DNA of 64,000 nucleotides from Candidatus Kapaibacterium sp. (lineage in GTDB: Bacteria; Bacteroidota; Ignavibacteria; Kapaibacteriales; UBA2268), in NCBI GenBank assembly GCA_963665665.1, contig OY762428.1:2368001-2432000 (forward strand). Direction: 5' to 3'. The notes beneath the pieces were generated by a model. It saw nothing but the letters and a program-made list of their open reading frames with translations, did no database searches and was not told the origin of the DNA. The translations under genes and the position numbers were made by a program. Shown here in pieces: positions 21,401 to 29,676 of this stretch; position 1 is the first letter of the stretch; the number at the start of each line of letters is the position of its first letter.

Positions 21401-21953
21401 CCTTATAGCTGTCCAGTATAACGCTGTAATCAATATCTGTGAAAGTAATTTCGTAAGGTTCAAACCGGCTGAAAGTATATACCGGATCGTGCAGCGCCCC
21501 GGAACTTCCAATTGCAGCCGGAAATGGTGCTACTTCAATAGGCCTGAAATCAGATAATTGAAGATCAGGCATCTCAAGAATATAATCTCCGTCAGTATAG
21601 AAAATTTCCAGCATTTCCAGTGGCGTTCCCGGTTCGAATCCCATTTCTATCAAATCAAAATTATAGGACATAACCTGGGTATTCTCGAAAATTGGTATCG
21701 GAAAGTTTTTAATAACCCAGAAATATTCATCTGAAGTTGGCAATTTTGCACAGACATTCAGAAAGAATAGTCCGCCGACGGGAGCAACCTCACCCATAAG
21801 CCGGGCAGTTGTAGAGAACTGCTGGTCATAAGGTTCAATCCAGTCAACCTGCTTCACGAAGTATGGTGTAAACACCTGGCTGAGTGCAATATTCGCTGAA
21901 AAGAACGCGAATATCAATGCAATTATATAAGTGGAATGGAATTTTGGCTTCAT
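15483..21953 (-). CDS. Large T9SS-secreted protein with five tandem papain-like (C39-like) cysteine peptidase modules
   Basis: GGAG RBS and signal peptide; repeated GYAGD.NAC(A/G)PA.AANS..WL, GEDVE, (G/S)H.(V/A).V(T/S)G and W(I/F)K.D motifs; C-terminal FlgD-Ig/T9SS CTD (IYDIKGNLV..WNG..VSSGNY). Confidence 0.75.
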   Translation of the reverse strand: MKPKFHSTYIIALIFAFFSANIALSQVFTPYFVKQVDWIEPYDQQFSTTARLMGEVAPVGGLFFLNVCAKLPTSDEYFWVIKNFPIPIFENTQVMSYNFDLIEMGFEPGTPLEMLEIFYTDGDYILEMPDLQLSDFRPIEVAPFPAAIGSSGALHDPVYTFSRFEPYEITFTDIDYSVILDSYKDYIIYRGCNIPNIDLDSAANPPGSAEGYAGDKNACAPAAAANSMHWLEKVHEEIATDKDLRGKLVELSGLMGREPNSGVSVEDFIKGKLAFIDKHKLPISVKFQSLYTGRTNDIDSPNDKYGHSADNQSRTDTDLNPLSWSWLYNEMKDGEDVEMVMDYYEWDGTRWVYKGSHVATVTGVSQISGVNRIWIKDDDVQNGEGGTEQNGLTWRTIGDSELPLLDEWSKGNRACVVTDMISESYNSNVQFSMNKKTMKFNKVRIHENEEELTTTYANFSAVAIPTDEEKFVNILARAPGSTTVSLIVDNMKIYPYDFPVYKSFDFSLEPLNVSAPWDLEEIEVQISVTDDILVTPMPVDDMWFTWPLGTEDLITGSINSGTLTNASGTYTTTRKIRDLWDEILNPEYDSSYTRTVDINHGCTFTNIDLDYSRNGPDTNGYAGDENACAPAAAANSMQWLQANHDGIEFTDEMDEAREKLRELSGMMGRADSSGTLPVNFIEGKMQFIEKYRLPIKVKFQGIFYTDTTEITAPSSTFNMKAKCHNDTAGAYPEWDWIKGELEDDEDVELAFGTYKFTIPAGGINGFRFDLERTGGHKVAVTGAGDDGGVNKIKFKHDRNQSRANDSINTDTREEEMAWNTYNTSRGQMVILGKPWADSSGQTYVRVVEDVVSESYDSTVQFSVDEESIEMNQTNMLDPDDGNLTTGAYFSAIFNPSEELKYLQVFAKIEESDEPVWLIPNLPIMPFPRRHSMAYGVDLARLGVTAGDDVESMHIGTSITINPWEEPEQIDKWIEVDVGDVDFDIPGGINLNDDFNAEPEDVPELVFDADDPLRDTVYRGCDVYNIDLNDREYGDDDVEGYAGDRNACAPAAAANSLHWLDEVHDEFSIDDSLRGKLYELSKLMKREPNKGVSSIVNFVQGKLAYIDKHRLPIKVKFQSFEIPPDSVINSPDTTNGGGFAHSARNERDEDSQFPDWDWLVGEMQHGEDVEMMLAWRGSDGKIRGHAVTVSGVATTGGVQRLWIKDDAKQRREGLGRARRRHIDESGEEILEWSTDSRGRPYIRRYGRGVRYVHSVISESYDPTVQYRVQRGTEDFGQYYSMLPGAGLTNTGNFSVVFNPSEDMGFVNVVARLNEDEEPVWLIRNMPAPPFDNYRRVSYGFDLSKLGLAAGDRLEEIEYQMSVGDENWTEPVIQDIWKTAHVDIFKINFEEGSLQDGQKDTVKMIPLSDLDYVDLALKDFLYRGCKVPNIDLDSASHNSANTEGYAGDKNACGPASAANSMQWLEKVHDEIDSKITHRKKLTELSEMMDRANERGVYTSKFIKGKLKFIQKYNLPIEVKFQTKKMKKSEIPQVTDSSGNVLKASNRNTGDSTWPTWEFLKQEMKDGEDVELEYGKYDTAGVRKGGHWVTVTGMIDIGGVRSLWIKDDLRQDSSGYGYAYSERDTTGEEFIDWDTTSTGIPILKRWGSSNRRIESIVSESYKKPKPKELKIKKVSLNKVDKPMTLASVRKGSVLFEASSNESGSPLYGNVVARKPDGTSEFWILKNALIMPDFDNEECLYWFDYEMMEKEIEKIQALEEIEISTFVTESPWTSQITGVDWETIPISETDYYISDGLDETALAEVSNPIAVQFSEPDTYDFIYRDIQMYQPDLNSADDDPQYTAIYSGDEGAGGPASVGASVRFIDEAHTEFNFDTEPRRTLELTSRFSGRAENSGVSLSELVAAKLQYIDSIKIKLEVQYQTPGIAPDTIFSPDGRYLHYGLKVDGNAGGYPTWDYLKSALDSNMGVELAVQWISPNGEALAGQFVSVSGISNAAGVNSVWIVSDTKENAAGGIEEHFLSWVHGDSGQPILAEWSSSDTLCYIVGIIGQKYNSEMEFAEVGVIDKEQILPEITIVRNPSEKDEAVRIQLAVPEDIKVEMEIYDIKGNLVSHIADKWLTEGRHEFVWNGTYPNGAAVSSGNYILILRTGKGQSFNRIIKW

Positions 21954-22060
21954 AATGGACTCCGAATATCAACAATGAATATAATTAATTTCAAATATAT
22001 TGTTATTCAAGAGTGGCCGCGCTTTGGATCTGATCAAAGATATGCGTAGTATCAAATCAA

Positions 22061-22082
22061 TACTTTAGGTAAAACTAAAGTA
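22061..22082. promoter_or_regulatory. Palindromic operator-like site upstream of the multi-protease gene
   Basis: TACTTTAG-gtaaaa-CTAAAGTA, a perfect 8-bp inverted repeat about 110 bp upstream of the start. Confidence 0.4.
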
Positions 22083-22324
22083 CTGAGTAATTCCTGATAT
22101 GAAATATAATTAATTTACACTATAATACAAAATGAATTATCACTTCGCTAATTATAAATGAGATTAAGCTTTACTTTAAAAATAAATATTCTTAATTTAT
22201 ATAGTTTAATTCTACAAAGTTTCTGCCTGTGACTTAGTATAGGTTTGATTGGGTAGAATTGATTTAATTGTAAGTTGGAATTGTATGACAAAGTAAAAGA
22301 ATTTTTGACAGGGAGAAAATCTAA

Positions 22325-22837
22325 ATGAAAATTATAAAGAATATGAACAGGTTTGTTTTATTATTATTGATTCTTATTCCGATTCAGCTTCAGATAATAT
22401 TTCCGGATACATATTTCAAATATCAGCTGATTGAGTATTTATCAATTTCTTTTTCCACATTGTTTATTCCACTGTGGTATTTAACAGCTTTTAAATACTT
22501 TCATAAAAGCATATCAGAAAAGAAATTAGAAAAAAATAAAATCACATCTAAAGCAAATCGCTTATTTGTGATAAATACAATTTTCATATATATTTACTTC
22601 AATTTTTTAACTGCCGGGCCTTCTGTTTTTAATATTCAATTAAATGATTTCGTTGGATTTCTTATTCCATTTCAATTATACCTCGCTATTGCCAATATTC
22701 ATGCTAACTATCATATTTCAAAAATCATTTCCCTTTACGATCATAAGAACAGGTTTATATATTTTTTCCTGTTAATGATACCGCCAATTGGCATATTTTT
22801 TATTCAACCGAAGTTAAATGAAATCAAAGAAGCCTGA
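22325..22837 (+). CDS. Hypothetical multi-pass membrane protein
   Basis: GGGAG RBS; about 5 hydrophobic helices; C-terminal PIGIFFIQPKLN; AT-rich. Confidence 0.65.
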   Translation: MKIIKNMNRFVLLLLILIPIQLQIIFPDTYFKYQLIEYLSISFSTLFIPLWYLTAFKYFHKSISEKKLEKNKITSKANRLFVINTIFIYIYFNFLTAGPSVFNIQLNDFVGFLIPFQLYLAIANIHANYHISKIISLYDHKNRFIYFFLLMIPPIGIFFIQPKLNEIKEA

Positions 22838-23069
22838 GGATGGATTATTAGTTTCATCGGTCAGAAATCCAGGTAATGGAATTTCATCTGTGCACAGAAT
22901 GACCGCTCTCTAACTTATTTAGAAAGGCCCGGATACAAAAAATATGGTTTAAACATATCATTTACAATGGACTAAATTACTAATGACAATTTTCCAATTG
23001 CTAACCACGAGCTAAAGCACGTGGCTATATTGTTTCGTGAACCTTCTAAATAGTTGATATTTTTCTGCA

Positions 23070-24185
23070 TTAAGCTCCTGTTTTTTTATACCTGTTCACG
23101 GCAAATGCCAGCATTCCGATTCCATAAACTGAAAGAACGGTAAACTGTTCAAGAATATCCGCAAAACCGGCTCCTTTTAGTATTACACGCCTCATAATTT
23201 TCATAAAATGAGTAACCGGATTTAGAAACGCTATTTTCTGTGCCCAATCCGGCATGCTTTCAACAGGTGTGAACAGGCCGCTCATCAGTATGAATATTAT
23301 CATAAAAAAGAAAGCGATGAACATCGATTGCTGCTGTGTTTCGGTAATTGTTGAAACCAGCATCCCGAATGACAATATTACCAGCAGGTAAATACCTGCC
23401 ATTGCAAAAAGAAGCAGAAGGTTGCCTTCTATCGGTATTTCAAAAAGGAGTTTTGCTACTACAAGCCCGAATGCCAGCTCGAAAAGCCCTATTATCCAGA
23501 ATGGTATCAACTTACCGAGTATAAACTCATGCTTCTTGATTGGTGTTACATTCAACTGCTCGATAGTTCCTATTTCCTTTTCCCGCACAATATTCATTGC
23601 TGTAAGAAACATACCAATGATTGTTACTAATATTGACAGGATGCCCGGAACCATATAATACTTATAATTCAGGTCGGGATTGTACCAGAATCTGTCAATA
23701 ATATTTATTCCGGATCTATATGATTTACTTCCGGATAATGACATTAGTATGTTTTTGTTGAAATTCATAATTATCTTTGCTGCATAGGATTGTATAACGC
23801 CTGCTGCCGAGCCGTCAACAGCATCGAGTATTATCTGTAGTTCCGGATTTTGTCCTGCAATCATATCTTTTTCAAATCCACGGGGAATTACAAGAGCCAT
23901 TCTGGCATCGTTATTCCGAATAAAATCAACAGCTTTTGCGTCGGATTCCTGTTCACTTAGAACATTGAACCTGCCCGTTGCTGAAAATTTACTTTTTAAC
24001 TGCCCCGAATAAGTGCTTTTATCGTGGTCGACAATAACAGTATCAACAATTTTTATTTCGAATGTTGCTGCATAAACAAGCACCAAAAGCTGAAAAATCG
24101 GGATTCCAAAAATTATTGGAAGCATTTGCCTGTTTCTTCTTATCTGTAAAAACTCCTTGCGGACAATATGTTTTACCCGTTTCAT
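23070..24185 (-). CDS. ABC-2 transporter permease (YbhR-like)
   Basis: KEFLQIRR, WYNPDL, IVREKEIGTIEQL.VTP, LSGLFTPVESMP. Confidence 0.9.
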   Translation of the reverse strand: MKRVKHIVRKEFLQIRRNRQMLPIIFGIPIFQLLVLVYAATFEIKIVDTVIVDHDKSTYSGQLKSKFSATGRFNVLSEQESDAKAVDFIRNNDARMALVIPRGFEKDMIAGQNPELQIILDAVDGSAAGVIQSYAAKIIMNFNKNILMSLSGSKSYRSGINIIDRFWYNPDLNYKYYMVPGILSILVTIIGMFLTAMNIVREKEIGTIEQLNVTPIKKHEFILGKLIPFWIIGLFELAFGLVVAKLLFEIPIEGNLLLLFAMAGIYLLVILSFGMLVSTITETQQQSMFIAFFFMIIFILMSGLFTPVESMPDWAQKIAFLNPVTHFMKIMRRVILKGAGFADILEQFTVLSVYGIGMLAFAVNRYKKTGA

Positions 24186-24190
24186 TTTAT

Positions 24191-25300
24191 TTAATCCAAT
24201 CTGATTTTAAATTTCTTAACTGAAACTAATGTAAGAAAGACTATCATCCCGAGTATGACCAATGTTTCCTTAACCAGGCTTTCAATACCAAGCCCCTTCA
24301 GCATTATTGATTTTACAATAACAAGGAACCACCTGGCAGGTATAATATTACTGAAAACCTGTAACGCTACCGGCATGTTTTCTATAGGATAAATAAATCC
24401 CGAAAGCAGGATCGTCGGCATTAGTAACCCTACCATTGATATCATCAGTGCTATTTGCTGGGTTTTTGCTATCGTTGAAATAAGAATCCCCAGCAATAAT
24501 ACTGTAATAATAAAAACAAATGATAATAAAAGGAATAAAGGTATACTTCCAGCAAAGGGAACTTTGAAAATTGTAATTGATAATAGCAGAATGGTTGCAA
24601 GGTTTACAAGTGCAATAGCTATGTAGGGGATTACTTTGCCAATAATTATCAATTGTGGTTTCAAAGGAGACACAAGAAGAATTTCCATCGAGCCCATTTC
24701 TTTTTCGCGGGTTATTGCAATGGACGTCATCATTGCTGATACAAGAGTTAATATCAATACAATTAATCCGGGCACGAACATGAAAACAGATTTCATTTCA
24801 GGATTAAACAGCATTTTAATTTCCTGATTTATTGTTCTGTTGTTTCCTTCGGGCATGTTCATTGCTTCCCGATTATATGAATATACAACAGCCTGCATAT
24901 AAGAACTAAGAAGTGTTGCTTCGTTCGGGCTGCTGGCATCGTTTAAAAGCTGCATATCGGCATAGCCTTCTTTCCTGAGTTTCCTTCCAAATCCCGGCTC
25001 AAAAACCACAACCTGTTTTACTTTTCCTGATTTGAATGCCGGTTCGATATCATCCGGGCTTTGTATATCTGCTCTTATGTTGAAGTATCCGCTACCTTTT
25101 ATCTTATCTATAATTTTTTGTGTTTCAGTATCTCTTGATTTATCATAGATTCCAATATCAGCGTCTCTGATCTCAGTTCTTATTGCAAAACCGAATATGA
25201 TCAGTTGAGCTATAGGCATTCCGATCAATACAAGTAAAGTCCGGTAATCTCTGGCTATATGAATAAATTCCTTGCGGACTATTTCGAAAAATATTTTCAT
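24191..25300 (-). CDS. ABC-2 transporter permease (YbhS-like)
   Basis: KEFIHIARD, FNPEM, ITREKEMGSMEILLVSP, LLSGFIYPIENMP. Confidence 0.9.
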   Translation of the reverse strand: MKIFFEIVRKEFIHIARDYRTLLVLIGMPIAQLIIFGFAIRTEIRDADIGIYDKSRDTETQKIIDKIKGSGYFNIRADIQSPDDIEPAFKSGKVKQVVVFEPGFGRKLRKEGYADMQLLNDASSPNEATLLSSYMQAVVYSYNREAMNMPEGNNRTINQEIKMLFNPEMKSVFMFVPGLIVLILTLVSAMMTSIAITREKEMGSMEILLVSPLKPQLIIIGKVIPYIAIALVNLATILLLSITIFKVPFAGSIPLFLLLSFVFIITVLLLGILISTIAKTQQIALMISMVGLLMPTILLSGFIYPIENMPVALQVFSNIIPARWFLVIVKSIMLKGLGIESLVKETLVILGMIVFLTLVSVKKFKIRLD

Positions 25301-25324
25301 GATAAAAGACTTTAAATGTACATA

Positions 25325-26077
25325 TTAATTAATATTCTTCCGGAAACTTTCCATCCGGGCTATCCTGATAAAAACGTTATTAATGCTGTCCGAGTCATAC
25401 TTTTCTTTAAGTTCTGCCGGAGTCCCCAGGGCCTCTACCCTTCCTGCAACCATTATAGAAACACGGTCGCAGTATTCAGCTTCATCCATGTAATGGGTAG
25501 TAACAAAAACAGTTACCCCGGAATCAGAGGCTTCATATATCATATCCCAGAACTGACGGCGAGTAACAGGGTCAACACCTCCGGTAGGTTCATCCAGGAA
25601 AATTATCTTCGGGTGGTGTATCATTGCAGTGGAAAAAGCAAGTTTTTGCTTCCAGCCAAGTGGCAGGCTGCCTATCAGTTTTTTTCCGGAATCAGAAAGT
25701 CCGAGTTTATCAAGAAGTTCATTGGCCCTTGATTTTACGGTTTTCTTTTCCAATCCGTATATACCCCCGTAAAATTCGATATTTTCCATAACAGTAAGAT
25801 CTTCGTATAGAGAAAAACGCTGGCTCATGTACCCGATATTCTTTTTTATTTTTTCGGATTCCTTATACACATCAAAGCCGGCTACAAGCGCGGAACCGGA
25901 TGTAGGGCACGAAAGTCCGTTCAGCATTTTTATTGCTGTGGTTTTTCCCGCGCCGTTAGCACCGAGAAAACCAAATATTTCTCCCGATTTTACATCAAAG
26001 TTTATTTTGTCCACAGCTGTGAATTTTCCGAATTTTTTAGTCAGGTTCCTGACTCTGATAGCAATACTATTTTCCAT
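25325..26077 (-). CDS. ABC transporter ATP-binding protein (YbhF C-half-like)
   Basis: Walker A GANGAGKTT, signature variant LPLGWKQK, Walker B LDEPT, THYMDEAE; GGGAG RBS before ATG 26077. Confidence 0.9.
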   Translation of the reverse strand: MENSIAIRVRNLTKKFGKFTAVDKINFDVKSGEIFGFLGANGAGKTTAIKMLNGLSCPTSGSALVAGFDVYKESEKIKKNIGYMSQRFSLYEDLTVMENIEFYGGIYGLEKKTVKSRANELLDKLGLSDSGKKLIGSLPLGWKQKLAFSTAMIHHPKIIFLDEPTGGVDPVTRRQFWDMIYEASDSGVTVFVTTHYMDEAEYCDRVSIMVAGRVEALGTPAELKEKYDSDSINNVFIRIARMESFRKNIN

Positions 26078-27005
26078 TTTTTCTCCCGTTTTCAGCATCC
26101 TGTTTCATTGCACGGTCAATAAACACATCTTCAATTCCCGGTTGAATTTCCTCTAATCTGAAATTCTTTAAATTATTTTCTATAAGGAAGTTTTCAATAT
26201 CTTCTTTTGCATCATTATCCCGGGTTGAGAAATGTATTGAATCTCCGAAGGGAAAAACCGATGGTTTCCCCGGATAATTCCTCAACAATTTTATCATTTT
26301 ATATTTATCATGGTGATAAACAGCAAATAGTCTCTTTGCAAACAAAGACGGTATTTCCGCAGGTTTACGGCAGGCAAGCACAGAGCCGTCCTTTATTAGA
26401 GCAATGCGGTCGCAAAGTTCGGCTTCATCCATGTAGGGGGTTGATACAATTATTGTTATACCTGACTCTTTCAGCTTTTTCAGCATATCCCAAAGTTCCC
26501 GTCGCGAAACAGCATCAACACCCGTTGTGGGTTCATCCAGAATCAGTAATTCGGGTTTGTGTATCAAAGCGCAGGACAAGGCAAGTTTTTGTTTCATTCC
26601 ACCGGAAAGCCGCCCTGCCCGGCGCTTTTTGAATGGTTCTATCTGCCTGTAGATGTCTTTTATCAGGTGGTAGTTCTCATCAATGCTTGTATTAAATATT
26701 GATGCGAAAAATCTCAGGTTCTCTTCGATTGTAAGATCCGGATAAAGAGAAAACGTTCCCGGCATATAGCCGGTAATATTCCTGATTTGCCGATAGTCCT
26801 TTACAACATCGAAATCACCAACCCTTACACGTCCGCCGGAAGGCAGAAGCAAGGTGGCAATTATTCGGAAAAGGGATGTTTTGCCGGCACCATCAGGACC
26901 AATAAATCCAAACAGTTCGCCCTTTTCAATATCCAGGCATATTTCTTTAATAGCTTCTATGCCGTCGTAGTCTTTTCTTATATCTTTTATTTCAATAAAA
27001 CTCAT
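26067..27005 (-). CDS. ABC transporter ATP-binding protein (YbhF N-half-like)
   Basis: GPDGAGKT, LSGGMKQK, LDEPT. Confidence 0.9.
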   Translation of the reverse strand: MSFIEIKDIRKDYDGIEAIKEICLDIEKGELFGFIGPDGAGKTSLFRIIATLLLPSGGRVRVGDFDVVKDYRQIRNITGYMPGTFSLYPDLTIEENLRFFASIFNTSIDENYHLIKDIYRQIEPFKKRRAGRLSGGMKQKLALSCALIHKPELLILDEPTTGVDAVSRRELWDMLKKLKESGITIIVSTPYMDEAELCDRIALIKDGSVLACRKPAEIPSLFAKRLFAVYHHDKYKMIKLLRNYPGKPSVFPFGDSIHFSTRDNDAKEDIENFLIENNLKNFRLEEIQPGIEDVFIDRAMKQDAENGRKNGK

Positions 27006-27041
27006 AGCATTCAGTGATAATTACTATATCAACCATATTAT

Positions 27042-27067
27042 TTAACCATACGGTTAATACAAAGATA
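27042..27067 (-). promoter_or_regulatory. TAnnTTTG-type promoter element with adjacent palindromic operator
   Basis: Minus strand TATCTTTG (27060-27067) followed by the palindrome TTAACC-N4-GGTTAA (27042-27057), upstream of the ABC operon. Confidence 0.5.
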
Positions 27068-27299
27068 AAGAAATTTTATTTAAATGCAAGAAATTATTTG
27101 GCAGAACAGTTTCTATCAAACATTCTCAAAGGCTGTCTACTGTAATCACCCTCCATTATTGCTGTTTCCGGCAATACATTTTTTCAGCAAACAGAATCTC
27201 CCGGTAAAGGTATATTCTCATCATAGCCATAGCTTAAGGGTTAGCTTCGGACAGGCTGAATGAAAAAAAAGTTTCTGCAATAATTTTGAATTAACACTA

Positions 27300-28070
27300 C
27301 TATTTAAAAGCAGGCAGAAATGTTTTCTCGGGTGGATAATAAATCTTTTCGAGTATAAGGCCGTTAGGCGGGGCCAGCGGAGCCAGGTTGTTTCTCTTCC
27401 TTTCCACCAGGGTTCGGTTTATATCATCCAATGTAATTTTTCCCCGGGCATACTGAGTCATTGTGCCAACAAGCGTCCTTACCATTCCGTACAGGAAACG
27501 GTTCGCTTTAATCCTGAGCTGCCAGTAATTTGTGGATTTCTTTTCCCATTCACAGGCCTGTACGTCGCATATATGCGATTTAGTTTCGGGATTATTCTTA
27601 GAGAAAGCTGTAAAATCATGCCTGCCAAGAAAAATTTCTGCTGCCTGCTGCATTTTCTGCGGTTTATACGGATATTTGAAATAGGCAGCAAAATGACTCA
27701 GGAAAACTGATGGTTTGTCAATCAGGTGGTAGGAATATTCTCTGGCACAGGCATCGAATCGGGAATGGAACTCATCCATAACAATAGCAACGCCGTTTAT
27801 TCTTATATCTCCCGGCAGGTTAGCATTTATTGATTTCATGGTTTTCTCTCCCCGGGCGGGAAAAGGCTTCTTCAGCACGGCATGAGCTACCTGGCCCCGG
27901 GCATGAACTCCGGTGTCTGTTCTTCCTGCCCCCATTATCCCCACCTGATAGCCGCAAATTCCGCTCAATGTTTTTTCAATAACACCCTGAACCGTCCTTT
28001 TATCCGGCTGGTACTGCCACCCGCAGAATCCGGCTCCGTCATATTCTACTCTTAATATCAATGTTTGCAA
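27300..28070 (-). CDS. truA: tRNA pseudouridine(38-40) synthase
   Basis: YDG..F.GWQ, AGRTDTGVHARGQ, HDFTAF, FLYGMVR, APPNGL. Confidence 0.95.
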   Translation of the reverse strand: MQTLILRVEYDGAGFCGWQYQPDKRTVQGVIEKTLSGICGYQVGIMGAGRTDTGVHARGQVAHAVLKKPFPARGEKTMKSINANLPGDIRINGVAIVMDEFHSRFDACAREYSYHLIDKPSVFLSHFAAYFKYPYKPQKMQQAAEIFLGRHDFTAFSKNNPETKSHICDVQACEWEKKSTNYWQLRIKANRFLYGMVRTLVGTMTQYARGKITLDDINRTLVERKRNNLAPLAPPNGLILEKIYYPPEKTFLPAFK

Positions 28071-28384
28071 AATATCCCATCCTTTTCATCTGAATCAATT
28101 ACACAAAAATAGTTTTTTTTGGCAAACAATACCAAATTGATCTCTCAAATATATGTACAGAAAATGCTATGTATTTTTTTATTGGCGATATGATGCCGCC
28201 TGTTTTTGAAAATTCCGAATATACGGTGATTCCGGCTATCAGAATAAAATTACCTGCGTATAGCCGGCTCATATTATATTTTCAGACAGTACTTTTGGGC
28301 AAATAATATTAGCCCTTGAATTTTCCGATGGAAAGATATACTTTTGTAATTGCAGCGTATGATAAAAATTTACGGAAAAATAAA

Positions 28385-29647
28385 ATGGATAAATTAGTAA
28401 TTGAAGGCGGCCGAAGGCTCAGGGGCAGGATTAGCATTTCCGGTGCCAAGAACGGCTCCCTGGCTATGATGCCGGCCAGTATACTTGCGCCGGGTACATA
28501 TCATTTCAGCAATACTCCCAACCTGAGGGATATCTGGACTATGTCCCGTCTGCTTGGTTCAATGGGGATTTTCTGCGAACTAAACGGGAACGACCTTTTT
28601 ATAGATTCACATAATATAACAAGCTATGAAGCTCCATACGAGCATGTTAAGAAAATGAGAGCTTCTTTCTATGTTCTGGGGCCTTTGCTGGCACGGTTTG
28701 GCGAGGCAAAGGTATCGCTTCCGGGAGGATGTGCCTGGGGGCCTCGTCCTGTTGACCTTCATCTGAAAGGGATGGAAAAGCTTGGCGCTGAAATTTCTCT
28801 TGAAAAAGGTTATGTTGTGGCCAGGGCTAAAAAGCTGATTGGAAACAAATTTCACATGGATATTTCCAGTGTGGGCGCCACAGGTAATATACTTATGGCA
28901 GCTACTCTTGCTAAGGGTAGCACAAGGATTAGCAATGCAGCGCTTGAACCGGAAATTACTTCACTGGCAAGAATGCTTCAGAAAATGGGCGCAAAGATTG
29001 ACGGAATCGGAACAAGCGAACTTGAAATTGAAGGCGTTGACGAACTTCACCCGGTGGATTTCGATACTATCCCGGACAGGATTGAAGCAGCTACCTACCT
29101 GATTGCCACTGCAATGACAAAAGGAAGAATCGAACTGGATAACTGCAATCCCTACCACATGTCCGTGATTATCGACAAACTTGAGGAAACAGGCTGCAAA
29201 ATGGATATCAACGGCGACAGGATTTTTCTGGAAATGGATGATTCGCCTAAACCACTTGATATTAAAACAGCTGTTTATCCCGGTATCCCTACCGATATTC
29301 AGGCACAATGGACTTCATACATGATGATGGCCGAAGGAACTTCAAAAATTACGGACAATATATATATTGACAGGTTCAAGCATGTTCCGGAACTTCAGCG
29401 CCTCGGGGCAAACATTGAAGTTGTAGACAATACTGCCATCGTTACCGGCGGAACAAATCTGGAAGGGGCCACTGTAATGAGCTCAGACCTCCGCGCCAGC
29501 GCATCATTGATCCTTGCCGCACTCGTGGCCGAGGGCAGTACGGAAGTTCTCAGGGTTTACCATCTGGACAGAGGCTACGAGGACGTGGTGAATAAATTCA
29601 ATACTCTCGGCGCTTCTATTAAAAGAGTAAAAACCGATTTAATATAA
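28385..29647 (+). CDS. murA: UDP-N-acetylglucosamine 1-carboxyvinyltransferase
   Basis: MDKLVIEGG, GAKN, LPGGCAWGPRPVDLH, PDRIEA, DLRASA, LDRGY. Confidence 0.96.
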   Translation: MDKLVIEGGRRLRGRISISGAKNGSLAMMPASILAPGTYHFSNTPNLRDIWTMSRLLGSMGIFCELNGNDLFIDSHNITSYEAPYEHVKKMRASFYVLGPLLARFGEAKVSLPGGCAWGPRPVDLHLKGMEKLGAEISLEKGYVVARAKKLIGNKFHMDISSVGATGNILMAATLAKGSTRISNAALEPEITSLARMLQKMGAKIDGIGTSELEIEGVDELHPVDFDTIPDRIEAATYLIATAMTKGRIELDNCNPYHMSVIIDKLEETGCKMDINGDRIFLEMDDSPKPLDIKTAVYPGIPTDIQAQWTSYMMMAEGTSKITDNIYIDRFKHVPELQRLGANIEVVDNTAIVTGGTNLEGATVMSSDLRASASLILAALVAEGSTEVLRVYHLDRGYEDVVNKFNTLGASIKRVKTDLI

Positions 29648-29676
29648 TTGGATAATATAAATTATTATCAACACGG

